A stretch of 64,000 bases of DNA. It comes from an uncultured bacterium. GTDB lineage: Bacteria; CSSED10-310; CALFER01. Shown one piece after another: positions 20,272-28,988 of this stretch. Within the stretch, counting starts at the first letter, position 1; every line of letters starts with the position of its first letter. The stretch covers positions 16,398 to 80,397 of the forward strand of contig CALFER010000076.1 in assembly GCA_937951895.1 (NCBI GenBank), read 5' to 3'. The notes below the pieces were generated by a model that worked only from the letters and a program-made list of their open reading frames with translations, had not been told where the DNA came from and did not search any database. Both the position numbers and the translations under genes were made by a program.

Positions 20272-21786
20272 TTAATGCGACTCGTCCCAACTGAAATCCC
20301 AGGAATCCATCGCGCCGACCAGAAATGAGAACTCCGCATCGGTCATGCCTGCATACCAGATGAGTCCTGACACGCTACCGGCGTTGTCGGGAAAACTGAA
20401 CGGAGGAACGACCACCTGTTCCGTGATTCCGGGCATCAGGGATTCGAAGAGATAGTGATCGAATGCCGTGAATCCGGGCGCGAAGTAGTACTGGCCGAAT
20501 GCATCCAGAACGACAAAGAGGGGGACATGCTCCATGGCCTGTGGTCCGGGATTGCACACATGGACGATGCAGGAACAGGGATCACCGGGGTGAAAAAAGT
20601 GCGACGGCATCCACAGTTCGACTCCGAGACTCCCGCAGGACGCCGTCGGAGATGCTGAGGGCGTCGCGGTGGGTGTGGGCGTTGCCGTTGGAATGGCAAC
20701 TACAAGATAATGATACCCCATATCGACCATTCCAAGATCCGTAATCTGATCCGTCCGGGTGGTATATGAATCGAGACAGGATGGCGGTTCAACACCTGGA
20801 AAGCAAGTGTCCTGTGCCGGACTGTCACCCGAATCGATGCATGGGCTGTCCTGTGCCTGTCCGGCCGAGGTTGACGACAGGTAATATTCGCCAAGCGGGC
20901 CTGGCGTGAAGAGCGGTATTGCATCGATGTTCCCATCCCCTTCATAACCGCCTCCGATGTTCGAGTAACGAATGGTCGGATTCCCCCCGATGTTGGTTCC
21001 ATAATTATGAACGATCGAGTTGACAATCAAAGCTGATCCCTGAATGCCTCCGGTTCCAGAAAGGGACGCTTCTCCACTATTGTTCACGATCGAGCAGTTG
21101 CTGATATGCGCCGTATCACACCGTATTCCTCCAACTGCTCTCCCCGCCGGATTGTCCCATGCCGCCGCGTCATTATCTGAAATGATGCAATTGAAGAACG
21201 ATGGATCGCCTCCGATCGCCCAGACACCGGCCACGACTTCAGCGTCGAACAGATACCAATCTTCGCATTCGATCATGTTTTGCGTGATCCAACAGCTCAG
21301 AAAGATGGCCTGCGACGACCCGAGATAGACACCCGCCCCGGCATGCTCACCATCTCCGCACCAGGCCGAATTGTAGATGATTTTGCAGTTCGAGATGACT
21401 GGAGAGGCACTTTCGATCTGCATGCCGGTTCCGTAATCGCCATACTGAAGAAACTGCGTGATGGTAAAGCCGTTCAGACGCGATGCATTCCCTTCTTCAT
21501 GATCAAAAATGAATCCGATGTGGTTGACCGCATAGTTGCCGTTGACGATGGTGTCGTCAGGACCGGTTTCCGAGGTGACGGTGATGGCTTTTCCGAGAAA
21601 ACGAATATCTCTGTTGCCGTCTCCGGAATAGACACCCGGAGCGACCAGAACGGTATCATAATCCCCGGCGGCATCGATACCGGCCTGGATGGTCGGTTGA
21701 TCTCCCGGCACCCGGATCACCAGAGCGTGTCCGGCAACAGGAAGAAGCAGAATCAGTGACAGGATGAATAGTGTGTGTTTCATCAC
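20272..21786 (-). CDS. Secreted right-handed beta-helix (adhesin / choice-of-anchor-Q-like) protein with novel C-terminal domain
   Basis: The signal peptide is 'MMKHTLFILSLILLLPVAGHA'. 'IRVPGDQPTIQAGIDAA..DTVLVAPGVY' is the typical start of beta-helix adhesin-like proteins. Parallel beta-helix repeats are present. A post-helix module 'YYLSSTSAGQAQDSPCIDSGD...TTRTDQITDLGMVDMGYHY' follows. A PT linker and then the C-terminal domain complete the protein. Confidence 0.7.
   Translation of the reverse strand: MMKHTLFILSLILLLPVAGHALVIRVPGDQPTIQAGIDAAGDYDTVLVAPGVYSGDGNRDIRFLGKAITVTSETGPDDTIVNGNYAVNHIGFIFDHEEGNASRLNGFTITQFLQYGDYGTGMQIESASPVISNCKIIYNSAWCGDGEHAGAGVYLGSSQAIFLSCWITQNMIECEDWYLFDAEVVAGVWAIGGDPSFFNCIISDNDAAAWDNPAGRAVGGIRCDTAHISNCSIVNNSGEASLSGTGGIQGSALIVNSIVHNYGTNIGGNPTIRYSNIGGGYEGDGNIDAIPLFTPGPLGEYYLSSTSAGQAQDSPCIDSGDSPAQDTCFPGVEPPSCLDSYTTRTDQITDLGMVDMGYHYLVVAIPTATPTPTATPSASPTASCGSLGVELWMPSHFFHPGDPCSCIVHVCNPGPQAMEHVPLFVVLDAFGQYYFAPGFTAFDHYLFESLMPGITEQVVVPPFSFPDNAGSVSGLIWYAGMTDAEFSFLVGAMDSWDFSWDESH
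20280..20650. repeat. ~370-nt direct repeat (~90% nucleotide identity) with 21865..22235, covering the C-terminal domain coding regions of two tandem paralogs
   Basis: Direct comparison of the two stretches shows long identical runs, e.g. 'ggaatccatcgcgccgacca', 'gaactccgcatcggtcatgcctgcataccaga' and 'gatagtgatcgaatgccgtgaatccgggcgcgaagtagtactggccgaatgc'. Confidence 0.85.
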
Positions 21787-21854
21787 AGACCTCCTTGATC
21801 ATTCGATAGATCTCGCAGAAAAGGAGTTCTGTTTTGGTTTGTTTCGTGCAGGTC

Positions 21855-24647
21855 CTACGGATGATCTCCCCAGCCGAATTCCCAGGAATCCATCGCGCCG
21901 ACCAGGAATGAGAACTCCGCATCGGTCATGCCTGCATACCAGAAGAGTCCTTCCACGGTGCCGACATTTTCGGGGAAGCTGAACGGAGGAACGACCACCT
22001 GTTCCGTGATTCCGGGCATCAGGGACTCGAAGAGATAGTGATCGAATGCCGTGAATCCGGGCGCGAAGTAGTACTGGCCGAATGCCTCCAGAACGACGAA
22101 GAGAGGGACATGCTCCATGGCCTGCGGGCCGGGGTTGCACACCCGGACGATACAGGAACAGCTATCACCGGGGTGGAAAAAGTGTGAAGGCATCCACAGT
22201 TCCACTCCGAGAATTCCGCAGGGCGCCGTCGGAGAAGCAGTCGGCGTTATGGTGGGAGAGGGGACAGCCGACTGCGTCGACTCGGGTGTCGATGTGGCAG
22301 GCGCGGTCGGCGAAGGCGTGGCCGAGATCGTCGCCGTCGGTGACGGGCCTGCCGTGCGTGTTGGCGTCGGAGTCTCGGATACGTTCAATGGGTAGTGGTA
22401 TCCCATGTCAACCATGCCGTTATCGCAGACTCGGTCGGTTCGGGTCGTCATGGAGTCCATGCAGATTTCCTCATTGGAAATGTCGTGACACACATCGACT
22501 GCCGATGCACTGCCTGTTTCGAAGCAGGGGCTGTTCGATTCCTGCCCCGAGGCGATCTGGCTGAGGCAGAACGCGTCGATCGGCCCATTGGTGAACAGGG
22601 GATCCTGATCGATGTTGCCGGATCCCGCCCATCCGCCCTGAACATCGGAGGAGATCACGGTCACGAACTGCGTGTCTCCGCCAATCGGACTTGGTTGCCC
22701 GCCCCAGAGAATACTGTTCTCGACAGTGATCGCCGGCGAATCATGACAGAACAATGCGCTTCCTGTGGTGTCGGCCGTGTTGAAAGCCAGTGTGCAGGAG
22801 CTGATGCCGGTCGTCGTACTGCTGCTGAAGTAACACGCGCCTCCCGAGTCGGATGCATGATTCGAATCGATCAGGCAACCCCAGATGTCGGCCGAAACAT
22901 CCCAGCCGCCGAAGATCGCTCCGCCATTGGAGCCGGCTATGTTTCCAGACAGCACGGAACGGGTGATAACCGCGAGGACACATTTCGCGCCGAGATCGAT
23001 TGCGCCTCCATTCTGGCCGGCCGCGTTGTCGATGAACCGGCACTGGTCGAACGTCTGCAGACTGAACATCCGGTTGCTGTACCCTCCACCGGATCCCGTT
23101 TCAGCGCCATTTCCGATGAAACTGCATCTCAAAAACGAAGGGTTCGCTTCACCGTCGTTCTGAATCCCGCCACCGCTTTCATATGCGGAATTGCTGGAGA
23201 GAATGCAATCGGTAAAAGCGGGTGAGGAGTTCTCGATGTACACCCCGCCGCCCGATTCCATGGCCGTGTTGTTTTCGATCCGGCATCTGAGAATCGAGGT
23301 GTCGCTTCTGGTGAGATAGATCCCGCCTCCGGCTCGCGCTCTTCCGCCACGGATTGTCAGATCCTGAATCACCGCGGAGTGATCGATATGCCCGTAGAAG
23401 ATCCGCTGGATGTCTCCGGCATCGATGATGGTCGATTCGATGCCGCTCCCGGCAAGGGTCACGTGATTGACGATCGGAAGTGGAAATGATTCACCGGTCG
23501 TCATGGCGGAGAAGACACCGGGGCCGATATGAATCACGACGGGAAGATCCGGGGATCCCAGGATTCGTTCGAGTGCGTGCCGGAGGGTGAGGAAGGACGA
23601 TTCCCATGAGAGCCCGCTGTTGAGGTCGTTTCCGGTGCAGGACACATAGACATCCTGGGTGATCGCGTCGGTCTGACTCGTGCAACCGGTCCGATCGAAC
23701 GCGTCCGGTGGCGAAACATAATAGTCGGAATCGTGCAGACCGCTGAATCCATTGTATTGAGCATTGAACGGCTCCTGAGGATCGAAAACCATCGAGGCCA
23801 GATCGGCACCGCCTCCCGCCTGGTTATCGCTGAAGGAATTGCCATCCGATGGACTGCCTCCGATGATCGGAGTCGCTCCGTAGTTGCAGAACAATGCGCC
23901 ACCCAGATGATCGGCGACATTGAGTTGAAACTCGCAATTCCGTATCTGTCCCGAAGCCCAGGAATCGAAAAAGAGGGCACCCCCGTACAGGGTCGCCGTG
24001 TTGGAAATGAAAAATGAAGAAAAAATCGTCGGATTGGAATCGTACGTCATGGAAGCGCCTGCGCCGAGTTCGGCGGTGTTGTTCCGGATGATGCAGCACG
24101 TGACAGAAGCGCCGGATTGCGAGAAATTGAAACCACCGCCGTCCCGGGAGGCGAAATTCTGTTCAATGTAACAATCCACAATCTGGGGTGCGGCATTGCG
24201 CAGACACGCCACTCCCGCTCCATACGTGGCGGTGTTGAGGATAATTCTGCAATTGACGATGCCGGGTGACGAGGCGTAATCGCAGAGAATCCCTCCGCCA
24301 CGTCCATCGATCCAGCCGTTTCGGATCGTGAACCCTTCCAGAGTGGCTTGAGAGGTTTCTCCACTCGTGAAGATAAACCCGCGGTGAGGGTCATCGATCG
24401 ATCCCTGACAGTCGATCGTGCAGGATGTGTAACCCCATTCCGAAACAACCCGGATATTCTTGCCCTGGAAGCTGATGTCACGGTTTCCCGGGCCGGTGTA
24501 ACAGCCTGACATCACCTGAACCGTGTCTCCCGGTTGCGCAACGTCGATACCGGCCTGTATGGTCGGTTGATCGGCGGGAACATGGATTGTAACGGCTTGT
24601 ACAAGCGGACCTATCAACAGGGCGGCAAGGATGGCCAGACGATTCAT
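21855..24647 (-). CDS. Large secreted right-handed beta-helix protein (two beta-helix blocks) with novel C-terminal domain
   Basis: The start is refined to the ATG at 24647 (perfect AAGGAGG SD), giving the signal 'MNRLAILAALLIGPLVQA'. 'IHVPADQPTIQAGIDVAQPGDTVQV' follows. Many 'GGGIY/GGAIF' beta-helix repeats are present. The C-terminal 120 aa are ~90% identical to those of the neighbouring paralog. Confidence 0.7.
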   Translation of the reverse strand: MNRLAILAALLIGPLVQAVTIHVPADQPTIQAGIDVAQPGDTVQVMSGCYTGPGNRDISFQGKNIRVVSEWGYTSCTIDCQGSIDDPHRGFIFTSGETSQATLEGFTIRNGWIDGRGGGILCDYASSPGIVNCRIILNTATYGAGVACLRNAAPQIVDCYIEQNFASRDGGGFNFSQSGASVTCCIIRNNTAELGAGASMTYDSNPTIFSSFFISNTATLYGGALFFDSWASGQIRNCEFQLNVADHLGGALFCNYGATPIIGGSPSDGNSFSDNQAGGGADLASMVFDPQEPFNAQYNGFSGLHDSDYYVSPPDAFDRTGCTSQTDAITQDVYVSCTGNDLNSGLSWESSFLTLRHALERILGSPDLPVVIHIGPGVFSAMTTGESFPLPIVNHVTLAGSGIESTIIDAGDIQRIFYGHIDHSAVIQDLTIRGGRARAGGGIYLTRSDTSILRCRIENNTAMESGGGVYIENSSPAFTDCILSSNSAYESGGGIQNDGEANPSFLRCSFIGNGAETGSGGGYSNRMFSLQTFDQCRFIDNAAGQNGGAIDLGAKCVLAVITRSVLSGNIAGSNGGAIFGGWDVSADIWGCLIDSNHASDSGGACYFSSSTTTGISSCTLAFNTADTTGSALFCHDSPAITVENSILWGGQPSPIGGDTQFVTVISSDVQGGWAGSGNIDQDPLFTNGPIDAFCLSQIASGQESNSPCFETGSASAVDVCHDISNEEICMDSMTTRTDRVCDNGMVDMGYHYPLNVSETPTPTRTAGPSPTATISATPSPTAPATSTPESTQSAVPSPTITPTASPTAPCGILGVELWMPSHFFHPGDSCSCIVRVCNPGPQAMEHVPLFVVLEAFGQYYFAPGFTAFDHYLFESLMPGITEQVVVPPFSFPENVGTVEGLFWYAGMTDAEFSFLVGAMDSWEFGWGDHP

Positions 24648-24817
24648 GGTAACCTCCTTATGTTCTGTGAAAACAAATTTGCAAAAAATATGCCATGTAT
24701 TCAATTCACCAACCGGGAAAAATAATCGGAAACGTGTTATAAAATGGATATGGCGTGAGCCGGATCGTGATTTCATTATCGGAGCAGTCAGTTTCCGGAA
24801 TTTTGCAAGGAGGAAAC

Positions 24818-27469
24818 ATGCGTGATGCCACAGTGCGGCTCATCACCCTCTGCCTGATTATAGGCATCGGGATCCCCAAAAGTTACTCTGCCGAACTCCA
24901 TGTCCCTGCTCAGTTCGCGACCATCCAGGCTGCCGTCGATGCGGCAATCCCGGGTGACACCGTCTTGGTTGCAGATGGCACCTGGAGCGGTGTCGGAAAC
25001 GTGACCATTCATCCGGATGGCAAAGCCATCACGATCCGGTCAGCATCAGGGGATCCCGAGGCTTGTACCATCGACGGTTCGGGAATCGATCAGGGATTTG
25101 TCTGCGCGTCGGCTGAAACGCGTGACACGGTCATCATGGGATTCACCTTGTATCGATGCGGACGCGATCCGAACCTTGGACCCGTCGACGGTGCCGGTAT
25201 TTCGTGCGTGAACGCGTCGCCGACGATTCGGCATTGCCGGTTTGTGGACGGGTATGCATCGTGGAGTTATCCGGGACCGGGAAGTGGCATGTATGGTTCC
25301 GGAGGAGCCATCGCCTGCTCCGACGGCGCGGCTCCCGAGATTGCCGACTGCGTATTTATCACCTGCATAGCCGGCGAATCCGGCGGCGCGATTCATGCCC
25401 GGGACGCGGCCCCCGTGATCCTGGATTGCGCCTTCACGGACAACCGGTCGTATGGCCGCGGAGGCGCAATCAATCTGAAGGACTCGCCTGCGGTAATAAA
25501 CGGTTGCGTCTTCACGGACAACCGCGCTGTGAACGGAGACGGAGGTGCACTCTGTCTGGATGCATCGTCAGCCGAGATCACATTGAATGAATTCACGCTG
25601 AACCGATCCTTGAGAGGCGGAGCAGTCGCATGCCTCGGCGCAACCCCGATCATCGGCGGGGCAAGTGATCTTGGGAATCGTTTCGACCGTAACTATAGTG
25701 GCTCCGGAGCCGACCTGTTCGCCCAGGTGCCTGCTTCCACCATCGATGCCCGATTCAATACGTTCACCGGGCTCATGATGTCGGATTACTGTGTTTCACC
25801 TCAGGAAACCTTCGATCTGTCCGGCTCTCAGACCACCGCGACTCCGATACAATCCGACGTCTTCGTGGCTCAGGATGGCAGTGACGAAAACAGCGGCCTG
25901 TCAATCGATGCACCGTTCCGCACGATCCAGTTCGCGCTCAGTCGGGTGCTGCCGACCGAAGCCTCTCCGATCACCATCCATATCGCCTCCGGCGAATACT
26001 CGGCTTTCACGACGGGTGAGGCGTTCCCTCTGCCTCTGTTGAGCCACCTCTCGTTGTCCGGTGCGGATCAGTGCCGCACCCATCTGAACCCCTCATATCA
26101 ATCGGTGTGCCTGTTCGGTCATCATGATACGGATGTCCGCATCGACGGGATCGATATCCGGGGAGGCAGCGGTGAATCCGGGGGCGGGCTGCATGCCAGT
26201 GACTGTCAGGTGGAACTCACGAATCTGACGGTCCGTGAGTCGGTTGCAGAAAAGGGCGCCGCCATGTATCTGTCCGGAACGGATGCCTCGATGAGATCCG
26301 TTCTCATCATGGACAACTACAGCCGTTACATGGGAAGTTCCGCCGGCGTGGTCGCCATCGGAGGGCATCTCCGGATACTCGACAGCGTCATCACCCGCAA
26401 TGCTTCCGACGGTCCCGGCGGCGGTGTGTATGTTCAGGGAGCCGCTCTGATCGCCTCCTGCAGGATCACCGAAAACGAAGCGCGTCGTGCCAGTGGCGGC
26501 GGTGTTTTCTGTGCGGACGGCCCTCTGGAAATGGTGAATTGCGAACTGATCCGGAACCGGGCGATTCTCGGAGGCGGGGTCTTCGTGACCGGCCAATACG
26601 ACCTGCTCAATTGCCTGATCGCGGAAAACACCGCGGTACTGTCCGGTGCCAGTTTCCAGTCATTCGATGCCTCGGGTCTCATCCGGCACTCGACCATCGC
26701 GGCCAATACAACCAGCGGATCGGTCGTTTCGAGCGTTTTCTTCGAACAAAGCGATTCTACCGTGAGTGACTCGATTGTCTGGAACGAATCGGGAGCCGAG
26801 ATCCAGGTCGAAGACGCACAACTCTCGGTGACGAATTGTGATGTGAGGGGAGGTTTCGAGGGAGCCGGGAATATCGACAGCGATCCGCAATTCACAGCGA
26901 TGCCGATGTCGAACTATTATCTGAATACCGGCGAGTCAGGTGATCCGATCAGCCCCTGTATTGATGCCGGTGGCAAAATGGCCGCTGAGTGCACCTATTC
27001 CGGATTGTGGGGGGAGATCGACCTGGAGAGGTGGACCGCCGGCTCCGATTGGTTGCGGGATTCCGGAGTTGTCGATATCGGCGTTCACTGGGATCATGCT
27101 CTTTTCAGCGGAGTCAGACTGGATCTGACGACCCGCATGCTCCATCCGGGAGATCGGCTGCGGCTGGATGCGGTTGTGCTCAACCACAGCGGCGTTGATT
27201 GGAGCGACAGTCGCCTTTTCGTCATTCTGGATGTCTACGGCAGTTACTGGTTCGCACCGTCATGGGCGTACATGGACGATGGTTTCGACTGGTATTCGAT
27301 GGATCTGGCCCCCGGTGCAAGGAACATCGTCAGCGTGATTCCCGATACCGTCTGGCCCGAAGGTGTCGGCAGCGCGGACAATCTGGCGTTCTGGGGTGGC
27401 CTCACGGATGGCGCTTTCCTCAATCTCCGCGGGGATTTCGACAGGGTCATCTTCGGGTATCGGGACTGA
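24818..27469 (+). CDS. Large secreted right-handed beta-helix protein with novel C-terminal domain
   Basis: The start is refined to the ATG at 24818 (AGGAGG SD), giving the signal 'MRDATVRLITLCLIIGIGIPKSYSA'. 'LHVPAQFATIQAAVDAAIPGDTVLVADGTW' follows. Beta-helix repeats are present. The C-terminal domain is 'LFVILDVYGSYWFAPSW...VWPEG'. Confidence 0.7.
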   Translation: MRDATVRLITLCLIIGIGIPKSYSAELHVPAQFATIQAAVDAAIPGDTVLVADGTWSGVGNVTIHPDGKAITIRSASGDPEACTIDGSGIDQGFVCASAETRDTVIMGFTLYRCGRDPNLGPVDGAGISCVNASPTIRHCRFVDGYASWSYPGPGSGMYGSGGAIACSDGAAPEIADCVFITCIAGESGGAIHARDAAPVILDCAFTDNRSYGRGGAINLKDSPAVINGCVFTDNRAVNGDGGALCLDASSAEITLNEFTLNRSLRGGAVACLGATPIIGGASDLGNRFDRNYSGSGADLFAQVPASTIDARFNTFTGLMMSDYCVSPQETFDLSGSQTTATPIQSDVFVAQDGSDENSGLSIDAPFRTIQFALSRVLPTEASPITIHIASGEYSAFTTGEAFPLPLLSHLSLSGADQCRTHLNPSYQSVCLFGHHDTDVRIDGIDIRGGSGESGGGLHASDCQVELTNLTVRESVAEKGAAMYLSGTDASMRSVLIMDNYSRYMGSSAGVVAIGGHLRILDSVITRNASDGPGGGVYVQGAALIASCRITENEARRASGGGVFCADGPLEMVNCELIRNRAILGGGVFVTGQYDLLNCLIAENTAVLSGASFQSFDASGLIRHSTIAANTTSGSVVSSVFFEQSDSTVSDSIVWNESGAEIQVEDAQLSVTNCDVRGGFEGAGNIDSDPQFTAMPMSNYYLNTGESGDPISPCIDAGGKMAAECTYSGLWGEIDLERWTAGSDWLRDSGVVDIGVHWDHALFSGVRLDLTTRMLHPGDRLRLDAVVLNHSGVDWSDSRLFVILDVYGSYWFAPSWAYMDDGFDWYSMDLAPGARNIVSVIPDTVWPEGVGSADNLAFWGGLTDGAFLNLRGDFDRVIFGYRD

Positions 27470-27487
27470 TGCGTCGCACTCGGGGGA

Positions 27488-28096
27488 TCAGGAACCCTGA
27501 CGATTGGCGACGAGTTGGTCGAAAGCGGTGAGTTCCTTCAGCATGCCGCGGATCACGGCCGTCGTTCCCGGGGTCGATTCGCCGATGTACCTCGATTCAA
27601 TCGATTTGCCGTCTCCGGATTTCACGCCGCGGAACAGCTCCAGGAACTCCTTCTGTTTAAAGCGCTGATCGCGTTCCCGGGACCGTTGGATGTACAGATC
27701 GACGATGGTGTTCGATCGATCCATGCCGAAGACGAACTCCACAGCGCCATACTCGCCTTTCTGCGAACCCGCGATGATCGTTCCGATCACCTCACCCGCC
27801 GGGCCGGTCATCTCGAAATACTGAAACTGATCCCGCTGGCCCGGCAGCAATTCATGCCCGATCGCTTTTTCGATTGCCGCGCGTTTCGCATCGTCCAGAT
27901 CCACCGTGACGGTCCGATAGTCCTTCGCATCCGGAAAGATCCGGGTCATCGTGCGCTCGGGATTGCGCCAGACGCACAGATAGACTTCCTGAGCCGTCGA
28001 TCGGGGCGGTCCGATCGGCAGAACGCTAAAAAGGAACAGACAGCATGCGATAGATCTGAAGCGAAACGATGTGTTCGTCTGTTTCCGAATGAGCAT
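27488..28096 (-). CDS. Secreted protein with FMN-binding-domain-like segment (last gene of ABC exporter cluster)
   Basis: The start is refined to the ATG at 28096 (GGAGG SD). The signal peptide is 'MLIRKQTNTSFRFRSIACCLFLFSVLPIG'. The segment 'IIAGSQKGEYGAVEFVFGMDRSNTIVDLYIQ' resembles FMN_bind domains. This assignment is tentative. Confidence 0.4.
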   Translation of the reverse strand: MLIRKQTNTSFRFRSIACCLFLFSVLPIGPPRSTAQEVYLCVWRNPERTMTRIFPDAKDYRTVTVDLDDAKRAAIEKAIGHELLPGQRDQFQYFEMTGPAGEVIGTIIAGSQKGEYGAVEFVFGMDRSNTIVDLYIQRSRERDQRFKQKEFLELFRGVKSGDGKSIESRYIGESTPGTTAVIRGMLKELTAFDQLVANRQGS

Positions 28097-28988
28097 AGGT
28101 GTAGCCTCCTCGAATCGTGAACCAGGGCAGGCGGTATCCCAGACCGAAATACCCGTAGCCCTCGGTGGATTGGTGATACCGGACGAGTCTTCCGGCAATG
28201 GTCAGATCCAGATCCGGCAACACGGCCAGATCGGTCATGGCGAACGCACCCCGCGCCGACCGTCCGTCGATTTCACCACCCTGAATCTCGACGCGGGCCG
28301 TCCACCATCCGGGTTGAATGGTCATGTCCGCCGATACGATCCTTCGGTCGATCCAATGGTTGCGGTGATGTTCCGATTGGATTTTGCCGTCGAGCGCCGA
28401 CAGGCCGAGCCTCACATCACCCGAATCGCCGAGTGTCATGCCGACCCGTCCCGAATATACCTCCGGGCCCTCGAACTCGGGCGTCATGTGACCCCCATAG
28501 CCCTGTGTCGCCGCCAGACCATACTCGAAATCCCCCAGCACCCCCGACACCATCAGACCGCTGTCCACATCCATTCCAATCATGTGAGGTGTCAGCGATT
28601 CGAACAGGAGTCGTGACGTCGTGAAATCGGTCAGCAATCCGAACGGAAGCCCGAAGCGACCAAGCGTCAGATTCCATTTTCCCATTGGCCCTTTGTAGCG
28701 ACCGTAGACTTCATGCAGCATCCGCTCGGAAAAATCGTCATGTTCTTCGAACAGCGCAAACAGGATGAGTCGGTCGCCGCCCTCATCCGCAATCGTATTC
28801 CTGAGCGACAATCCCAGTATGTTGATTTCGCCGCGGGCTTCCTCCCGGTCGCTGTCAGTCAGGCGGGCGTCGAGATCAGCGGAGAAATTCCAGGATGCCT
28901 GTGCGCCCGGAACCATGAGCATGAGCAGGACCGGCAGGATGGCCAGACAACGGGAGAATGCATCAGTTCCGAATGCTGCCGTCTTCAA
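28026..28988 (-). CDS. Outer-membrane beta-barrel protein (porin-like)
   Basis: A signal peptide, alternating amphipathic strands and a C-terminal aromatic residue ('...SVPF') are present. The gene sits inside the ABC exporter cluster. Confidence 0.5.
   Translation of the reverse strand: MKTAAFGTDAFSRCLAILPVLLMLMVPGAQASWNFSADLDARLTDSDREEARGEINILGLSLRNTIADEGGDRLILFALFEEHDDFSERMLHEVYGRYKGPMGKWNLTLGRFGLPFGLLTDFTTSRLLFESLTPHMIGMDVDSGLMVSGVLGDFEYGLAATQGYGGHMTPEFEGPEVYSGRVGMTLGDSGDVRLGLSALDGKIQSEHHRNHWIDRRIVSADMTIQPGWWTARVEIQGGEIDGRSARGAFAMTDLAVLPDLDLTIAGRLVRYHQSTEGYGYFGLGYRLPWFTIRGGYTYAHSETDEHIVSLQIYRMLSVPF

Noticed and set aside
20272-20640. Assignment of the shared terminal domain to the T9SS C-terminal sorting domain.
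   Set aside because: The T9SS CTD is ~80 aa with a different motif set, as I recall it. Here the domain is ~115 aa, one copy is N-terminal, and the neighbouring machinery is T2SS/T4P-like rather than Por/Spr-like. No T9SS genes are in the window. I keep it as unassigned.
21855-24776. The N-terminal 43-aa extension of the 973-aa ORF ('MKSRSGSRHIHF...') and the 21-aa extension of the 24755 ORF.
   Set aside because: Internal ATGs at 24647 and 24818 have perfect AAGGAGG and AGGAGG sites and begin signal peptides. The extensions would make the two divergent genes overlap.
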